From Laetmonice hystrix (lineage: Eukaryota), in the NCBI GenBank assembly GCA_965235115.1, contig OZ249443.1, forward strand, positions 2,542,001-2,606,000: DNA of 64,000 nt, written 5' to 3'. Numbering within the stretch: position 1 is the stretch's first letter; each line of letters opens with the position of its first letter. The notes below the pieces were generated by a model, which was not told the DNA's origin, ran no database searches, and saw only the letters and a program-made list of their open reading frames with translations. The translations under genes were made by a program, and so were the position numbers. Below, in pieces: positions 63,130-64,000 of the stretch.

Positions 63130-63634
63130 CCCCCCGCCCCCCTAAAAAATCGTGATACCACATAGACATGCAGTGGAAGGAAACACTCGGCATACCTGTG
63201 TTTGTACAGGTAGAATGTGTTGGATCGTGTAGATAGGAGAGGATATCAAGACTGACTATACCTGTGAGTTTAGGGGATGTACGACTAGCAGGTACCCCCC
63301 CCCCCCCCACACACACACAGTTACTTTAAAAAAATAAAAATTTAAATTTAATTTTATAAAGACAAATCGATAAAAATCATAGTAAAACGTCACATATAGT
63401 CCTATGTATGTTGGTAGACCACTAGAATGAACGAAGTCCTGTGTGTATGTTGGTAGATCACGAGAATGAACGTAGACCACTAGAATAAAACGACATGATA
63501 ATTTGAGCTGAGGCCACATAGAGAAATGTCCCTTGGGGGCGTCATTTATTGATGACCAGTCGGAGACCATACGATGATATTGTATGTTGGTATGGTCCAC
63601 CAGTAACTGTAGGATAATGTAGGGGAGGGGAGCT

Positions 63635-64000
63635 TTGGGGGTAGATGGGGAGGTTTATGGACCTATAGCTGCAGGCAGTCGGGTGGTGTGGGGGAGGGGA
63701 GGGTTGAGATATATTGGGGGTAGATGGGCAGGTTTATGGACCTATAGCTGCAGGCAGTCGGGTGGTGTGGGGGAGGGGAGGGTTGAGAGGTATTGGGGGT
63801 AGATGGGGAGGTTTATGGACCTATAGCTGCAGGCAGTGGGGTGGTGTGGGGGAGGGGAGGGTTGAGAGGTATTGGGGGTAGATGGGGAGGTTTATGGACC
63901 TATAGCTGCAGGCAGTCAGGTGGTGTGGGGGAGGGGAGGGTTGAGAGGTATTGGGGGTAGATGGGGAGGTTTATGGACCTATAGCTGCAGGCAGTCGGGT
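63635..64000. repeat. 79-bp G-rich minisatellite running off the window end
   Basis: gggggtagatggggaggtttatggacctatagctgcaggcagtcgggtggtgtgggggaggggagggttgagaggtatt. Confidence 0.95.

Noticed and set aside
131-63316. Most ORFs in the supplied track as genes (e.g. 35588-36517, 38346-38816, 47399-48446, 50969-51567, 54643-55054, 58927-59346)
   Set aside because: They are translations of tandem repeats, open in several frames or on both strands, with no supporting splice or start context.
22637-64000. C2 and GAP-domain exons of the RasGAP
   Set aside because: Looked for KRTKS, SHESLL and FWGE-type motifs by eye and found none; they probably lie beyond the window or in the gap.

Overview
Repeat-rich, intron-dominated animal genomic DNA. 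It is probably a non-vertebrate bilaterian (lophotrochozoan-like), which is an inference. There are no operons, rRNA, intact tRNA or CRISPR arrays, and almost every ORF in the supplied track is a translation of a tandem repeat. About 35 minisatellite arrays (10-133 bp units) take up a large share of the window, alongside MITEs (Tc1/mariner-type, PIF/Harbinger-type), a tRNA-derived SINE head, decayed LINE fragments and one N-gap. The best-supported coding signal is three phase-compatible plus-strand exons (19362-19470, 20577-20701, 22501-22636). From memory they resemble the N-terminal PH-like region of protostome SynGAP/DAB2IP/nGAP-family (raskol-like) RasGAPs. A probable alternative first exon (MGNN..., 37094-37142) lies downstream, and the GAP domain itself is not seen here. 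Weaker evidence points to a second, minus-strand gene interleaved with it. The most notable observations are: an orientation-polarised cluster of CTCF motifs; minisatellites that amplify splice site plus partial exon; a dual-frame reading that would give a signal-peptide isoform or an amidated-peptide precursor; and a candidate recursive splice site. None is proven to be a new system, and all need RNA-seq or homology checks.
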